From NCBI GenBank assembly GCA_030037815.1, contig JASHPZ010000017.1, forward strand, positions 1-56,799: a stretch of 56,799 nucleotides of DNA, written 5' to 3'. Made by a program: the position numbers and the translations under genes. Position 1 is the stretch's first letter; every line of letters starts with the position of its first letter. Below the pieces are notes generated by a model that ran no database searches, had not been told where the DNA came from, and saw nothing but the letters and a program-made list of their open reading frames with translations. Origin of the DNA: Thermoplasmata archaeon (GTDB taxonomy: Archaea; Thermoplasmatota; Thermoplasmata; Lutacidiplasmatales; UBA184). This document shows positions 9,048 to 18,688 of the stretch, one piece after another.

Positions 9048-10010
9048 TCACCGGCGTGCGGAACGGCCCCGGTAGAGTCGCTCGGCCGCGCTCCGCGGGT
9101 CGAGCGTGCGCGCGACGACCTGGTCGATCAGGTGCCGCAACGTCGCGTCCCGCTCGAGCCGCGCGGCCAGCTCGACCCCGACGCGGTCCCGGACGCGGCC
9201 GACGATCTCCTGCGTGAGTCGGGCGCGCTCGCCGGTCGTGCGCTCCCCCGAGCGGTCGAGGTACGCCTCGTGGGACTCGACCGCCGCCCACAGCTCGGTC
9301 AAGCCGGACGGCTGGAACGTGGACGTGCGGACGATTGGGATCCGGTACTCGGCGTGCTTCGGGCCCAGCGAAACGAGCTCCATCAGGTCGCGCTGCGCCG
9401 CCTCGGACCCAGGGAGGTCGGACTTGTTCACGCAGAAGACGTCGGCGATCTCGAACAGGCCCGCCTTCAGCGTCTGGACCTCGTCGCCCAAGTGCGGCAC
9501 CAGGACCACGACCCTCGTCGTCGCGATGTCCCGGATCGCGATGTCGACCTGCCCGCTGCCGACCGTCTCGACCAGGACGAGGTCGAACCCCGCGGCGTCC
9601 AGGAGCCGCGCGACCTCGCGGGTCGTCCCCGCGACCCCGCCGACCGCGCCGCGGCTCGCCATCGACCGGAAGAAGACTCCGTCGTCGTCCGCCCGACGGG
9701 AGAACCGGATCCGGTCGCCGAGTACCGACCCGCCCGAGAACGGGCTCGACGGGTCGACCGCGATGACCCCGACCGTCCGGCCCGACTCCCGCAGATGCCC
9801 GACCAGGGCGTTGATCAGGCTCGACTTGCCGACGCCCAAGGGTCCGGTGAATCCGACAATCGGCGCCCGTCCGGTGTTCGGGTAGAGGGCCCGGAGGATG
9901 GGGTCGGCTTCCGGAGAACCGTTCTCCACCGCGGTGATCGCGCGGGCGAGCGCCCGGCGGTCCCCACGCACGATCGCCCGCGCGGCCGGGGGCGCGCGCA
10001 CCCCCGTCAT
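9048..10010 (-). CDS. meaB: Methylmalonyl-CoA mutase-associated GTPase MeaB
   Basis: [41 protein letters not shown] and NKSD motifs. Confidence 0.95.
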   Translation of the reverse strand: MTGVRAPPAARAIVRGDRRALARAITAVENGSPEADPILRALYPNTGRAPIVGFTGPLGVGKSSLINALVGHLRESGRTVGVIAVDPSSPFSGGSVLGDRIRFSRRADDDGVFFRSMASRGAVGGVAGTTREVARLLDAAGFDLVLVETVGSGQVDIAIRDIATTRVVVLVPHLGDEVQTLKAGLFEIADVFCVNKSDLPGSEAAQRDLMELVSLGPKHAEYRIPIVRTSTFQPSGLTELWAAVESHEAYLDRSGERTTGERARLTQEIVGRVRDRVGVELAARLERDATLRHLIDQVVARTLDPRSAAERLYRGRSARR

Positions 10011-10423
10011 CGCGCGGGGCGCGCGAGCCCCTGGGCGGTCCGAACGATCTCGTCGAGGGTCGTCCCCGGTCCGAAGATGGCGCGGATCCCGGCCTTCTTG
10101 AGACGGCGGGCGTCCTCGTCCGGAATGATCCCGCCCGCGAACACGGGGATCCGACCCGCGTGCTCCTTCTTCAGCAGCGCGAGGATCTTCGGGAACAGCG
10201 CCATGTGCGCGCCCGACAGGATCGAGAGTCCGATCAGGTCGACGTCCTCCTCGAGGGCGGCGCGCACGATCTCCTCGGGGGTCTGCCGGAGCCCGGCGTA
10301 GATGACCTCCATCCCCGCATCGCGCAGCGCCCGCGCGACGACCTTGGCCCCCCGGTCGTGCCCGTCGAGCCCGGGTTTCGCGATCAGGACGCGAATCGGC
10401 GCGGTCTTCGCTTTCGACGGCAC
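10007..10423 (-). CDS. Methylmalonyl-CoA mutase small (cobalamin-binding) subunit
   Basis: [10 protein letters not shown] (DxHxxG), [14 protein letters not shown] and FGPGT motifs. Confidence 0.96.
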   Translation of the reverse strand: MPSKAKTAPIRVLIAKPGLDGHDRGAKVVARALRDAGMEVIYAGLRQTPEEIVRAALEEDVDLIGLSILSGAHMALFPKILALLKKEHAGRIPVFAGGIIPDEDARRLKKAGIRAIFGPGTTLDEIVRTAQGLARPAR

Positions 10424-10478
10424 TCCGACCCCTCGAGCGCCGGCGACCGAGGACGCGGAGAAAAGCCTTCCGCGGGCT

Positions 10479-11393
10479 CTATAGGACCGCGAGCAGGTCG
10501 AGCAACAAGTTGCCGGCGAGGAGGGCGAGGAGCGCGCCGGCCGCGATGAGGACGACGAACGGGAGCTGGGGCGTCACCCAGACCCGGCGCACCCCGCGGG
10601 CGCGGAGCTCCCGCGCGATCTCGACCCGCTGGAGCCGATCCTCCTCCGACGTTTCGGGCTCGGGCTCGTCGCGCGGGGCGAACGTGGGGTCGCGGACCCA
10701 GACGAACCGCGTCGGCAGCTCGTCGACCGGCAGCGAATAGCCGGTGAACCCGCCCGCGAGACGGAACTCCCCCCGTCGAAGGTTGACGGCGGCGATGCCG
10801 ATCGGGATGACGACCGCCGACAGGGCGGCGTTCATCAGCGCGTTGAATGCGAACGGCAGGAAATGCAAGCCGTTGAGCGCGGCCGAGGGAAGTCCGACCA
10901 CCGGCGCGGTGAAGAACGGCACCAGGAGCCCCGCGACCATGACCGCCTTCGCGTCGGCCGCTCCGTAGAGGACGCCGAGCTCGAACAGGACGCGGGAAAA
11001 GACGACGACCGCGAACACCGCGATCACCTCGCGGGGGACGCCGGCCGGGCCGATCCCCCAGCGGAGCGCCGAGAGGCCGAGAACGCCCACGGTCGCGAGG
11101 TAGACCGCGAGGTCGATCGCGTCCGCGAACCGCTCGTAGCGCGGGCCGAGCCGTTCGTCCCACGGCACCATGTGCTCGAGTACCACCGCGGCGACGAGGA
11201 CCCACAGCAGCACCGGCCCCCACCCCTCCGGCGACTCCACGACGATCCCGAGCGCGAGCCCGGCACCCCCCATCAGCAGCCACAGCCGGTCGGTGACCTC
11301 GCGGGTGCGCAGGTCGGAGGCCGCGGCGAACCCGAACCCCGCGACGAGGACGACGAGCTGGGCGGCGAGAACCTCGTTCTGAAGCCCGTTCAC
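10479..11393 (-). CDS. A24 family prepilin/prearchaellin peptidase (FlaK/PibD-like)
   Basis: Multi-TM protein with [16 protein letters not shown] (GxxD) and C-terminal [10 protein letters not shown] motifs. Confidence 0.9.
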   Translation of the reverse strand: MNGLQNEVLAAQLVVLVAGFGFAAASDLRTREVTDRLWLLMGGAGLALGIVVESPEGWGPVLLWVLVAAVVLEHMVPWDERLGPRYERFADAIDLAVYLATVGVLGLSALRWGIGPAGVPREVIAVFAVVVFSRVLFELGVLYGAADAKAVMVAGLLVPFFTAPVVGLPSAALNGLHFLPFAFNALMNAALSAVVIPIGIAAVNLRRGEFRLAGGFTGYSLPVDELPTRFVWVRDPTFAPRDEPEPETSEEDRLQRVEIARELRARGVRRVWVTPQLPFVVLIAAGALLALLAGNLLLDLLAVL

Positions 11394-11507
11394 GCCCGGC
11401 CCCGCCGCGTCGAGCGCCCCGACGCTCCGCCCACCTCTTAAACGGGTCGCCGGAACGGCGACCGGCCAGCCGGCCTTTTTTACGGTGCCCGACTCCTCCC
11501 GCTGCCG

Positions 11508-12425
11508 ATGGCGACTCCGTCACCCGGGAGCCCCCCGGCTCCCCCCTCTGCCCTCTCCGCCCCGCCGACGGCGCCCCGGCGCGGGTCGCGTTCCGTGATC
11601 TGGGCGGCCGTCGGCGCGGTGGTCGCCGCCGCCATCCTGGTGGTCGCCGGACTCTACGTCCTCGGGGACCTGACCGCGCACGCGGCTGGCCCCACTTCGG
11701 CGGGTCCGTATCCCACCTACGAACAAGCGGAGTCGGTGGCCGCTCCGGCCGTCTCGTCGACCGCGGGCGGACCGTGGCTCGCCGTCATCGGGTTCGGGAT
11801 CGTGTCGGCGAACTCGGCGTTCGTCGGCGGGGCGAACCTGACCTCGGTCATCGCATCGTTGAACTGCTCGATCGCCTGGACGGGGACTCCGGACCCGACC
11901 GTGCTCGTGCCGCTCACGCCGAACTCGGCCGGGTCCGGACACTCGGCCTTCTGGGTCGTCGGCTTCCGCAACGCGGTCGGGGCGATCACGATCGCGCTCG
12001 TGACGGACGGAGTGGGCGCGGTGCTGCTCGAGGCGACGGGCTCGACCTGCGAGTCGGCGGCGAGTCACCTCGTCTCGATCGGCTCGATCGTCGACTCCCC
12101 CGAAGCGGTGGCCGGCGCGAACGCCGCCGGTGGGTCGGCGTTCCTCGCGGCCGACCCGAACGCGACGCAGGGATGGTTCATCCTGGGCGGTCTCGAAGAG
12201 GTCGGCATCGTCACCGAGCCGACCTGGTACATCGGCGACACGACCTGCACGCTCCCGGGCTCGGTCGAAGAGAACGGGTCCGAGTTCAACGCCACCGTGA
12301 ACGGTCTCACCGGCGACGCTTCGACCGCGTCCAACGGCAGCGTGAACTGCGCCGTCAGCGTCACCGCCCCGGTCGGCGGGCTCGTCCCCTCGTTCGCGGC
12401 GCAGGCGCTCGGAAAAGCTATTTAA
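11508..12425 (+). CDS. Hypothetical membrane-anchored extracellular protein
   Basis: Basic patch plus TM helix, then a Ser/Thr/Ala-rich domain with 4 Cys and several N-x-S/T sequons. A CTTTTTTA box lies upstream at 11475-11482. Confidence 0.8.
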   Translation: MATPSPGSPPAPPSALSAPPTAPRRGSRSVIWAAVGAVVAAAILVVAGLYVLGDLTAHAAGPTSAGPYPTYEQAESVAAPAVSSTAGGPWLAVIGFGIVSANSAFVGGANLTSVIASLNCSIAWTGTPDPTVLVPLTPNSAGSGHSAFWVVGFRNAVGAITIALVTDGVGAVLLEATGSTCESAASHLVSIGSIVDSPEAVAGANAAGGSAFLAADPNATQGWFILGGLEEVGIVTEPTWYIGDTTCTLPGSVEENGSEFNATVNGLTGDASTASNGSVNCAVSVTAPVGGLVPSFAAQALGKAI

Positions 12426-12426
12426 A
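12412..12426 (+). promoter_or_regulatory. BRE/TATA promoter of the rps6e-aIF2g operon, overlapping the upstream stop codon
   Basis: GAAAAGC-TATTTAAA about 35 nt before ATG 12461. Confidence 0.7.
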
Positions 12427-12460
12427 CCACGCCCGGCTGGCGCGCCACCGTTCCAACCTC

Positions 12461-12838
12461 ATGGTCGAGTACAAGCTCGTCATCTCCGACCGGGCGGCCT
12501 CCCTCGCCCGCACGGTCGCCGACCCGCAGGCCGCCGGCTTCCTCGGCAAGCGGATCGGGGAGACCGTCGGCGGCGAGGTCATCGGCGCCTCCGGCTACAC
12601 GTTCCGGATCACCGGGGGCACGGACAAGAGCGGGTTCCCGCTCCGTCCGGACGTCCCGGGGGCCCGCCAGACCCGCCTCTACGTCGGAGAGGGCTTCGGA
12701 TTCCACGCCCCGCGCGACGGCCAGCGCAAGCGGCGCACCTTCCGCGGCAACACGATCAGCGAGGACACGGTCCAGATCTGCCTGGTCGTCGACCAGAAGG
12801 GTTCGAAGCCGCTCGCTGAGCTGTTCGCGGCTCAATGA
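12461..12838 (+). CDS. rps6e: 30S ribosomal protein S6e
   Basis: YKLVISD, ITGGTDKSGFP and GQRKRRTFRGN motifs. Confidence 0.96.
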   Translation: MVEYKLVISDRAASLARTVADPQAAGFLGKRIGETVGGEVIGASGYTFRITGGTDKSGFPLRPDVPGARQTRLYVGEGFGFHAPRDGQRKRRTFRGNTISEDTVQICLVVDQKGSKPLAELFAAQ

Positions 12839-14070
12839 AGGTCCCGAGGCAACCCGAGGTCAACATCGGCCTGGTCGGCCATGTCGACCACGGCAAGACG
12901 ACCCTCACGCAGGCGCTCACCGGCGAGTGGACCGACCGCCACTCGGAGGAGCTGAAGCGCGGCATCTCGATCAAGCTCGGCTACGCCGACGCCGCGTTCT
13001 ACAAGTGCCCCAACTGCCCCGAGCCGACCGGCTTCTCGGTGGAGCCGAAGTGCCCCTCGTGCGGCGGCCCGGCGAAGTTCCTGCGCGCGGTCTCGTTCGT
13101 GGACGCGCCCGGCCACGAGGCGCTGATGGAGACGATGCTCTCCGGCGCCGCGATCATGGACGGCGCGCTCCTCCTGGTCGCGGCGAACGAACACTGCCCG
13201 CAGCCGCAGACGCGCGAACACCTCTACGCGCTCGACATCATCGGCGTGCGCAAGGTCGTGGTCGTGCAGAACAAGATCGACCTCCTCTCCTCCGAGGACG
13301 CCGAGGCGAACTACCGCGAGATCGAGGAGTTCCTGAAGGGGTCGCCGTTCGCGGGCGCCCCGGTCGTTCCGATCAGCGCGAACCACCGGGTGGGGATCGA
13401 CGCGCTCATCGGCGTGATCGAGGAGAAGATCCCGACGCCGCCGCGGGACCTCAAGAAGACCCCCCTGATGTACGTCGCGCGGTCGTTCGACATCAACCGG
13501 CCCGGCACGCGGCCGCAGGCGCTCCGCGGCGGCGTGCTCGGCGGCTCGCTCCTCCAAGGCCGGCTCACGGTCGGCGACTCGATCGAGATCCGGCCCGGCT
13601 GGGCCGGACCGACCGGAACGCAGCCGGAGTCGCTCACGACCAAGGTCACGTCGATCGTCTCGGGCGGCGAGGAGCGGGACGAACTCATCCCCGGCGGCCT
13701 CGCGGCCGTCGGAACGAGCCTCGACCCCGCGCTCGCGAAGGGCGACGGCCTCACGGGCCGGCTGGTCGGGGCCTCGGGGACGCTGCCCCCGGTCAGCCAG
13801 AAGATCCGGCTGAAGGCGACGCTCCTCGACCGCGTCCTCGGCGCCCAGCGCGAGATCAAGGTCGAGAAGATCCGGACGAGCGAGCAGCTCGCGGTCACGG
13901 TCGGGACGACCGTCGCGGCCGGCAAGGTGACGAGCGCGCGCGGGGACGAGGTCGAGCTCGCGCTCAACCGGGCCGTGACCGTCTTTCCGGGGAGCCGCGT
14001 CGCCGTCTCGCGCAAGCTGAACGCCTGGCGGCTGATCGGCTACGGGATCGTCGAGGGGGCCGCGCGGTGA
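12835..14070 (+). CDS. eif2g: Translation initiation factor 2 subunit gamma
   Basis: QPEVNIGLVGHVDHGKT, RGISIKLGY, Zn knuckle, DAPGH, NKID and WRLIGYG motifs. Confidence 0.98.
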   Translation: MKVPRQPEVNIGLVGHVDHGKTTLTQALTGEWTDRHSEELKRGISIKLGYADAAFYKCPNCPEPTGFSVEPKCPSCGGPAKFLRAVSFVDAPGHEALMETMLSGAAIMDGALLLVAANEHCPQPQTREHLYALDIIGVRKVVVVQNKIDLLSSEDAEANYREIEEFLKGSPFAGAPVVPISANHRVGIDALIGVIEEKIPTPPRDLKKTPLMYVARSFDINRPGTRPQALRGGVLGGSLLQGRLTVGDSIEIRPGWAGPTGTQPESLTTKVTSIVSGGEERDELIPGGLAAVGTSLDPALAKGDGLTGRLVGASGTLPPVSQKIRLKATLLDRVLGAQREIKVEKIRTSEQLAVTVGTTVAAGKVTSARGDEVELALNRAVTVFPGSRVAVSRKLNAWRLIGYGIVEGAAR

Positions 14071-14249
14071 AGGCCGACCTGATGGAGATCCTCTGCTGCC
14101 CCGTCTGCAAGGGGACCCTCACGCTCACCATCCGCTCCGAGGAGCGGGACGAGATCGTCACGGGGAACCTCCGGTGCGCGCAGTGCAAGGTCGACTACCC
14201 GATCGAGGACGGGATCCCCGACCTGCTCCCGCCCGACGAGCGCGACTAG
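14067..14249 (+). CDS. trm112: Trm112-like methyltransferase activator
   Basis: GTGA overlap with eif2g. LMEILCCPVCKG...LRCAQC...YPIEDGIPDLL. Confidence 0.92.
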   Translation: MKADLMEILCCPVCKGTLTLTIRSEERDEIVTGNLRCAQCKVDYPIEDGIPDLLPPDERD

Positions 14250-14250
14250 G

Positions 14251-14685
14251 TCAGGCGCCGGCGGCGTAGTAGTACGCGAACAGGACGCCGAACATCAGCG
14301 CGGCGACCAGCACCGACGGGATCAGCCACGCGATCGCGCCGCGCGAGCGCGCCTGGACCGAACTCCCCACGGTGACGACCGGGATCGCGAACGCGAGCCA
14401 GTACCCCGTCAGGATCGTCGTGTAGAGCGCGAACGACGTCTGGTTCCCGTCGGGGTCGTGCACGACCAGCGCGACCACGAGCGCCACCGCGAAGACGAGG
14501 AACCCGAGGCTGACCCCGGCCGCGTCGAGGTACCCCTCGAACCCGCGTTTCCGCTTCGGGTAGTAGCAGCGCAAGACGAACAGCATCAGGACGAAGACCG
14601 CGAGCGTTCCGACCAGGACGTAGAACGACGTCGTCGCGAGGGGCAGCGGGATCGGGCCGCGTCCGGGCGCGTCCAGGGCCCTCAC
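14251..14685 (-). CDS. Hypothetical 4-TM membrane protein
   Basis: GTGA overlap with the cyclase stop codon; four hydrophobic segments. Confidence 0.75.
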   Translation of the reverse strand: MRALDAPGRGPIPLPLATTSFYVLVGTLAVFVLMLFVLRCYYPKRKRGFEGYLDAAGVSLGFLVFAVALVVALVVHDPDGNQTSFALYTTILTGYWLAFAIPVVTVGSSVQARSRGAIAWLIPSVLVAALMFGVLFAYYYAAGA

Positions 14686-15320
14686 CCGCGCCCGCGGGGG
14701 GTCAGGGTCACGCGGGCCGGCCCCCCGTCCCCGTCGCGGAGGCGGAGCGGCAGGCACGCGAGGTCGTAGCTCCCCTCCGGCGCGTCGGCGAGGAGAAGCC
14801 CTTCGAGGATCAACGCCCCGCCGCCGAGGAGCGCGTGGTGGACCGGGAACCGGCCCGACGCGTCCCGCTCGACCGACAGCGCATCGATCCCCACCAGGCG
14901 GACTCCGCGGACGAGGAGCGCCCGCGCCGCGTCGGGCGTGACCGCGACGTAGTCTTCGAAGAACTCGAGCTTCCGCGCCCACCGGGCCGAGTTGGCGGTG
15001 TGGAACAGGACTCGGTCGGTCCCCGGCGGCACGCGGTCGACGTCCGACGGTTCGACGGCGGGACGTTCCTCCGCGACCCGGACGACGGCGCACGGCCCGT
15101 TCAGGCGGTCGAGGTCGACCCGGTCGATCCCTGCGCCGTCGCGGACGAAGTGGACCGGCGGGTCGACGTGGGTGCCCGCGTGCGACCCGAACGCGAGCGC
15201 CGAGAGGTTGTACGCCTGCCCGCGGTCAATCCGGTCGACCGCGGCGCTCGAGAACGTCGGGTCGCCCGGGAACGCCGGCATGCCCGCGTAGAGCGGCATC
15301 GACACGTCGAGGCGCGCCAC
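14682..15320 (-). CDS. Cyclase family metal hydrolase (kynurenine formamidase-like)
   Basis: FPGDP, HAGTHVDPPVH, VGIDALS, HHALL, ILEGL and DGGPAR motifs. Confidence 0.93.
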   Translation of the reverse strand: MARLDVSMPLYAGMPAFPGDPTFSSAAVDRIDRGQAYNLSALAFGSHAGTHVDPPVHFVRDGAGIDRVDLDRLNGPCAVVRVAEERPAVEPSDVDRVPPGTDRVLFHTANSARWARKLEFFEDYVAVTPDAARALLVRGVRLVGIDALSVERDASGRFPVHHALLGGGALILEGLLLADAPEGSYDLACLPLRLRDGDGGPARVTLTPRGRG

Positions 15321-15442
15321 GGGTCGCTCTCCGCGGGGCGAGCCGGCGCCGGCCGCCTTAACGGTTGGGCTCGTCCGGCACGGGAGGGGCCGTCTTCGAT
15401 ACGAGCCGAATCGTTAAGGAGAGCGGACGGGAAGGGGCGGGG

Positions 15443-16780
15443 ATGGCCCGGCGTCCGTCGTCGACCCCGGAGGATCCGGAGGACGAGGACGACCTCGACG
15501 CGGAGGACGACGAACCCTCCCGGACGCGCCGCGCCCGTCCGCCTCCGCGCCGCACCGCGCGGCGTCGGGGCCGCCCGGCGCCGGTGAAGGAGTGGAGGGC
15601 GTCGGGCGACGGCGAACCGGAGCCCGCCGACGACGAGCTGCCCGACGATCCGGACGCGCCGAAGCCCCGCCGCGCGCCGGTCTACTGGCGGGCCCGCGAC
15701 TCCCTGTTCTTCGAACCCCTGGTCGCGCTCGCGATCATCGTCGTGCTGATCGTCTCGCTGTTCGCCTACACCCAGAACTGGCCGCCCGTGTACGTCGTCG
15801 AGTCGGACAGCATGCAGCACGGGTCGAACGACATGGTCGGCCTGATCAACACGGGGGACCTCGTGCTCGCCCAGCGCCTCTCGACCGACCAGATCACGCC
15901 GTACGAGCTCGGCCGGCAGACCGGGTACTCGACCTACGGAGAGTACGGGGACGTGCTCCTCTACCATCCGAACGGGCAGGGGGCGACGCCGATCATCCAT
16001 CGGTCGATCCTCGAAGTGTTCTACAACGCCAGCACGGGGACGTACAGCCTTCCGGTCCTGACCGGGCAGTCGTGCGGGAGCTGGGCGAGCGGCGCGGTGT
16101 ACGACACGCCCGGGTGCGCCACCACCCACCTCCTGGACGAGACGCTCACCCTCTACCGCGTCGGATGGAGGTCCGCCAATCTCTCGATCGACCTCTCGGT
16201 CTCGACCCTCGGGCCCCAAACCGGGTTCCTGACCGCCGGCGACAACAACTTCGTGCCGGGCTCGTGTCCGAGCGCCTGCGCGATCGACCCGGACCAGCCC
16301 GGGATCTCGACCCTGGTCGAGCCGTCGTGGGTGATCGGCGTCGCCCGCGGGATGGTCCCGTGGTTCGGGGCGTTCAAGCTCCTGATCACGAACGCACCGA
16401 CCCTCGGGGAGGTTCCGTCCCAATCGTGGCAGTACATGGGGATCACGCTCGCGGCGGTGATCCTCGGCGCGATCGGGCTGCACTACCTGTTCCGGGCCGA
16501 AGGGATCGAGACCGAGCTGCGGAAGCGCGAAGAGGAGGCGGCGGCCGACGTGGACGACGACACCCTCGAGGAGGGGCGCGCCCGACGCTGGTTCAGTTCG
16601 CTGCGACCGTGGCGCCACCCGGACGCCGAGGACCCCGAACCGGACGACCCGCCGCCCCGGAAGCGGTCGCCGCCGCCCGAACCGAAGTCGACCCACCGGC
16701 ACGGCCGGCCGCGCCCGCGGGTCCGCCGCGAGCCGAAGAAGACGGCCGCCCGCGACCGCGACGACGACGATTCGCTCTAG
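15443..16780 (+). CDS. Signal peptidase I (S26, Sec11-type) with long charged tails
   Basis: TM helix, then VVESDSMQH (Ser), TGDLV, IIHR (His) and TAGDNN, then a second TM helix. A GTTAAG box at about 15413 supports ATG 15443. Confidence 0.88.
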   Translation: MARRPSSTPEDPEDEDDLDAEDDEPSRTRRARPPPRRTARRRGRPAPVKEWRASGDGEPEPADDELPDDPDAPKPRRAPVYWRARDSLFFEPLVALAIIVVLIVSLFAYTQNWPPVYVVESDSMQHGSNDMVGLINTGDLVLAQRLSTDQITPYELGRQTGYSTYGEYGDVLLYHPNGQGATPIIHRSILEVFYNASTGTYSLPVLTGQSCGSWASGAVYDTPGCATTHLLDETLTLYRVGWRSANLSIDLSVSTLGPQTGFLTAGDNNFVPGSCPSACAIDPDQPGISTLVEPSWVIGVARGMVPWFGAFKLLITNAPTLGEVPSQSWQYMGITLAAVILGAIGLHYLFRAEGIETELRKREEEAAADVDDDTLEEGRARRWFSSLRPWRHPDAEDPEPDDPPPRKRSPPPEPKSTHRHGRPRPRVRREPKKTAARDRDDDDSL

Positions 16781-16837
16781 TCGCGTCGGGCAAACCTAAA
16801 GCCCCGAACCCGGTCCCGACGCGGGAGTCGAGGGGCC

Positions 16838-17713
16838 GTGCACATCATCGGGGGGACCGCGTCCACCGCGCTCGCCGAACGGGTCTCACGCGAACTCGGG
16901 AACGCACCGTTCGGGATCCCGTTCAAGAAGCGGTTCCCGGACGGCGAGATGTACGTCCGGGTCGGCGGCCGGGTGGAAGGGGAGGACGTGGTGGTCGTGC
17001 AGTCGACCCGGACCGACGAGGACCTGGTCGAGCTCCTGCTGCTCTTGGACGCCGTCCGTGAGGCCGGCGCGCGGCGAACGTTCGCGGTCGTCCCGTACTT
17101 CGGCTACGCGCGCCAGGACCGGCGCTTCTTCCCGGGCGAACCCGTCAGCGCCCGGGCGCTCTGCCGGCACGTCGAGCTCGACGCCGACGCCGTGATCACG
17201 GTCGACCTCCACTCCGCCCAGACGCTCGCGCAGTTCACCAAGCCGGCGTTCGAGGCGAGCGGGATCCCCGCGATCGCCCGCATGCTGCGCGAGCGGCCGG
17301 TGGACGTGCTCGTCTCGCCGGACAAGGGCGGGGTCGACCGCGTCCGCCGGATGGCGCAGTTGCTCGACAAGCCGTGGTTCGCGCTCGACAAGAAGCGGAT
17401 CGACTCGGAGCACGTCGAACTCGCGTTCCCCGCCGAGGTCCCCATCCCGATCGCGGGGAAGCACGCGGTCCTGATCGACGACGTCATCACGACGGGCGGG
17501 ACGATCGTCGAAGCGGCGAAGCTCCTCCAGAAGCGGGGAGTCGGGGCCGTGAGCGCGGCGTGCACGCACGGACTGTTCCTGCGGGACGCGTTCGAGCGGA
17601 TCAAGGCGGTGACCGACGAGGTCTACTCGACCGACACGCTCGGCAATCCGGCGGAGAAGGCGTCCGTCGCGCCCGACATCGCCCAGATCCTCCGGCGGGA
17701 GGCGTCGCCGTAG
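16838..17713 (+). CDS. prs: Ribose-phosphate pyrophosphokinase
   Basis: RFPDGE, PYFGYARQD, VDLH, SPDKG and IDDVITTGGT motifs. Confidence 0.97.
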   Translation: MHIIGGTASTALAERVSRELGNAPFGIPFKKRFPDGEMYVRVGGRVEGEDVVVVQSTRTDEDLVELLLLLDAVREAGARRTFAVVPYFGYARQDRRFFPGEPVSARALCRHVELDADAVITVDLHSAQTLAQFTKPAFEASGIPAIARMLRERPVDVLVSPDKGGVDRVRRMAQLLDKPWFALDKKRIDSEHVELAFPAEVPIPIAGKHAVLIDDVITTGGTIVEAAKLLQKRGVGAVSAACTHGLFLRDAFERIKAVTDEVYSTDTLGNPAEKASVAPDIAQILRREASP

Positions 17714-17725
17714 CCGCGGCCGCCC

Positions 17726-18688
17726 GTGGAGCTCCCCCGCCCGGCGCGCGGCGCCCCGGCCGACCGTCTGCTCGAGCTCGTGCACGAGCTCCGCCGGGAA
17801 CTCCTCCTGCGCGAGGAGTCCCCCTCCGGCGCGTGGGTCGAGGAGTCCGCGGCGCGCCTCCGCTCCGGGGAGACCCCGGGGTGGGTCCTTTCCGAGGAAC
17901 CGGGCGGCCTCGCGTTCTTCAACGTGCGCGGACCGGCGGCGTTCGGCCACGTCCACGTCCCGGCAGGTCCGAACGGCTCGGAGCGCGGGTCGGCCCTCGC
18001 GGAGGCGGTCCTCGCCGGACTCCCCTCCGCGGTGGGTTCCGTCGACCTCGGCTTCACCGGACTCACGGTCGAGGATGAGCGGGCGGTGCTCGTCCGCCTG
18101 GCGGCGCGCCCGGGGTCGACGGTCATCGAGCGGGAGGCGATGGAGCGGCCGCTCGGGGGGGAGGACGGCGCGCCGGTCGGCCCCCTGCCGCCCGGCGTGC
18201 GCCACGCGCCGATCCGGGACGTCACGCTGGACGCGCTCGCCGACCTCGACGTGCGGGCGTTCCGCGGGTCGGACGACGAGCTCTTGATCGGCCACGACCT
18301 CGGCGACTACCGCCGGGTGCTCGAGTCGCTGCTCGCGGGCGGAATGGGGCGATTCCTCGACGAGGCGTCGACCGCGCTCGTCGAGACCGAGCCGGTCCGG
18401 TTGGTCGGCGCGATCCTCACGTCGGAGCAGTCCCCGCGGCGGGCCGTGTTCCTCGACTTCATGGTCGACCCCGAGCGCCGCGGTCACGGACACGGGCGCT
18501 ACCTCCTCCGGTGGGGGTTCCGGGCGCTCTGGGCCCTCGGCTACGAGAGCGTCCGGCTGTGGGTGACGATGTCGAACCAGACGGCCCGTCGCCTCTACGC
18601 GGACGTCGGATTCCGGCCGACCTCCCGGGCCGCGATCTACCGGTGGGAACGGTCGACGGCGGGGTCGCAGCCGCATTCGGGCCGGTAG
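17726..18688 (+). CDS. GNAT acetyltransferase (probably tandem, N-terminal half degenerate)
   Basis: C-terminal VDPERRGHGHG and VTMSNQTARRLYADVGF motifs. Confidence 0.85.
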   Translation: MELPRPARGAPADRLLELVHELRRELLLREESPSGAWVEESAARLRSGETPGWVLSEEPGGLAFFNVRGPAAFGHVHVPAGPNGSERGSALAEAVLAGLPSAVGSVDLGFTGLTVEDERAVLVRLAARPGSTVIEREAMERPLGGEDGAPVGPLPPGVRHAPIRDVTLDALADLDVRAFRGSDDELLIGHDLGDYRRVLESLLAGGMGRFLDEASTALVETEPVRLVGAILTSEQSPRRAVFLDFMVDPERRGHGHGRYLLRWGFRALWALGYESVRLWVTMSNQTARRLYADVGFRPTSRAAIYRWERSTAGSQPHSGR

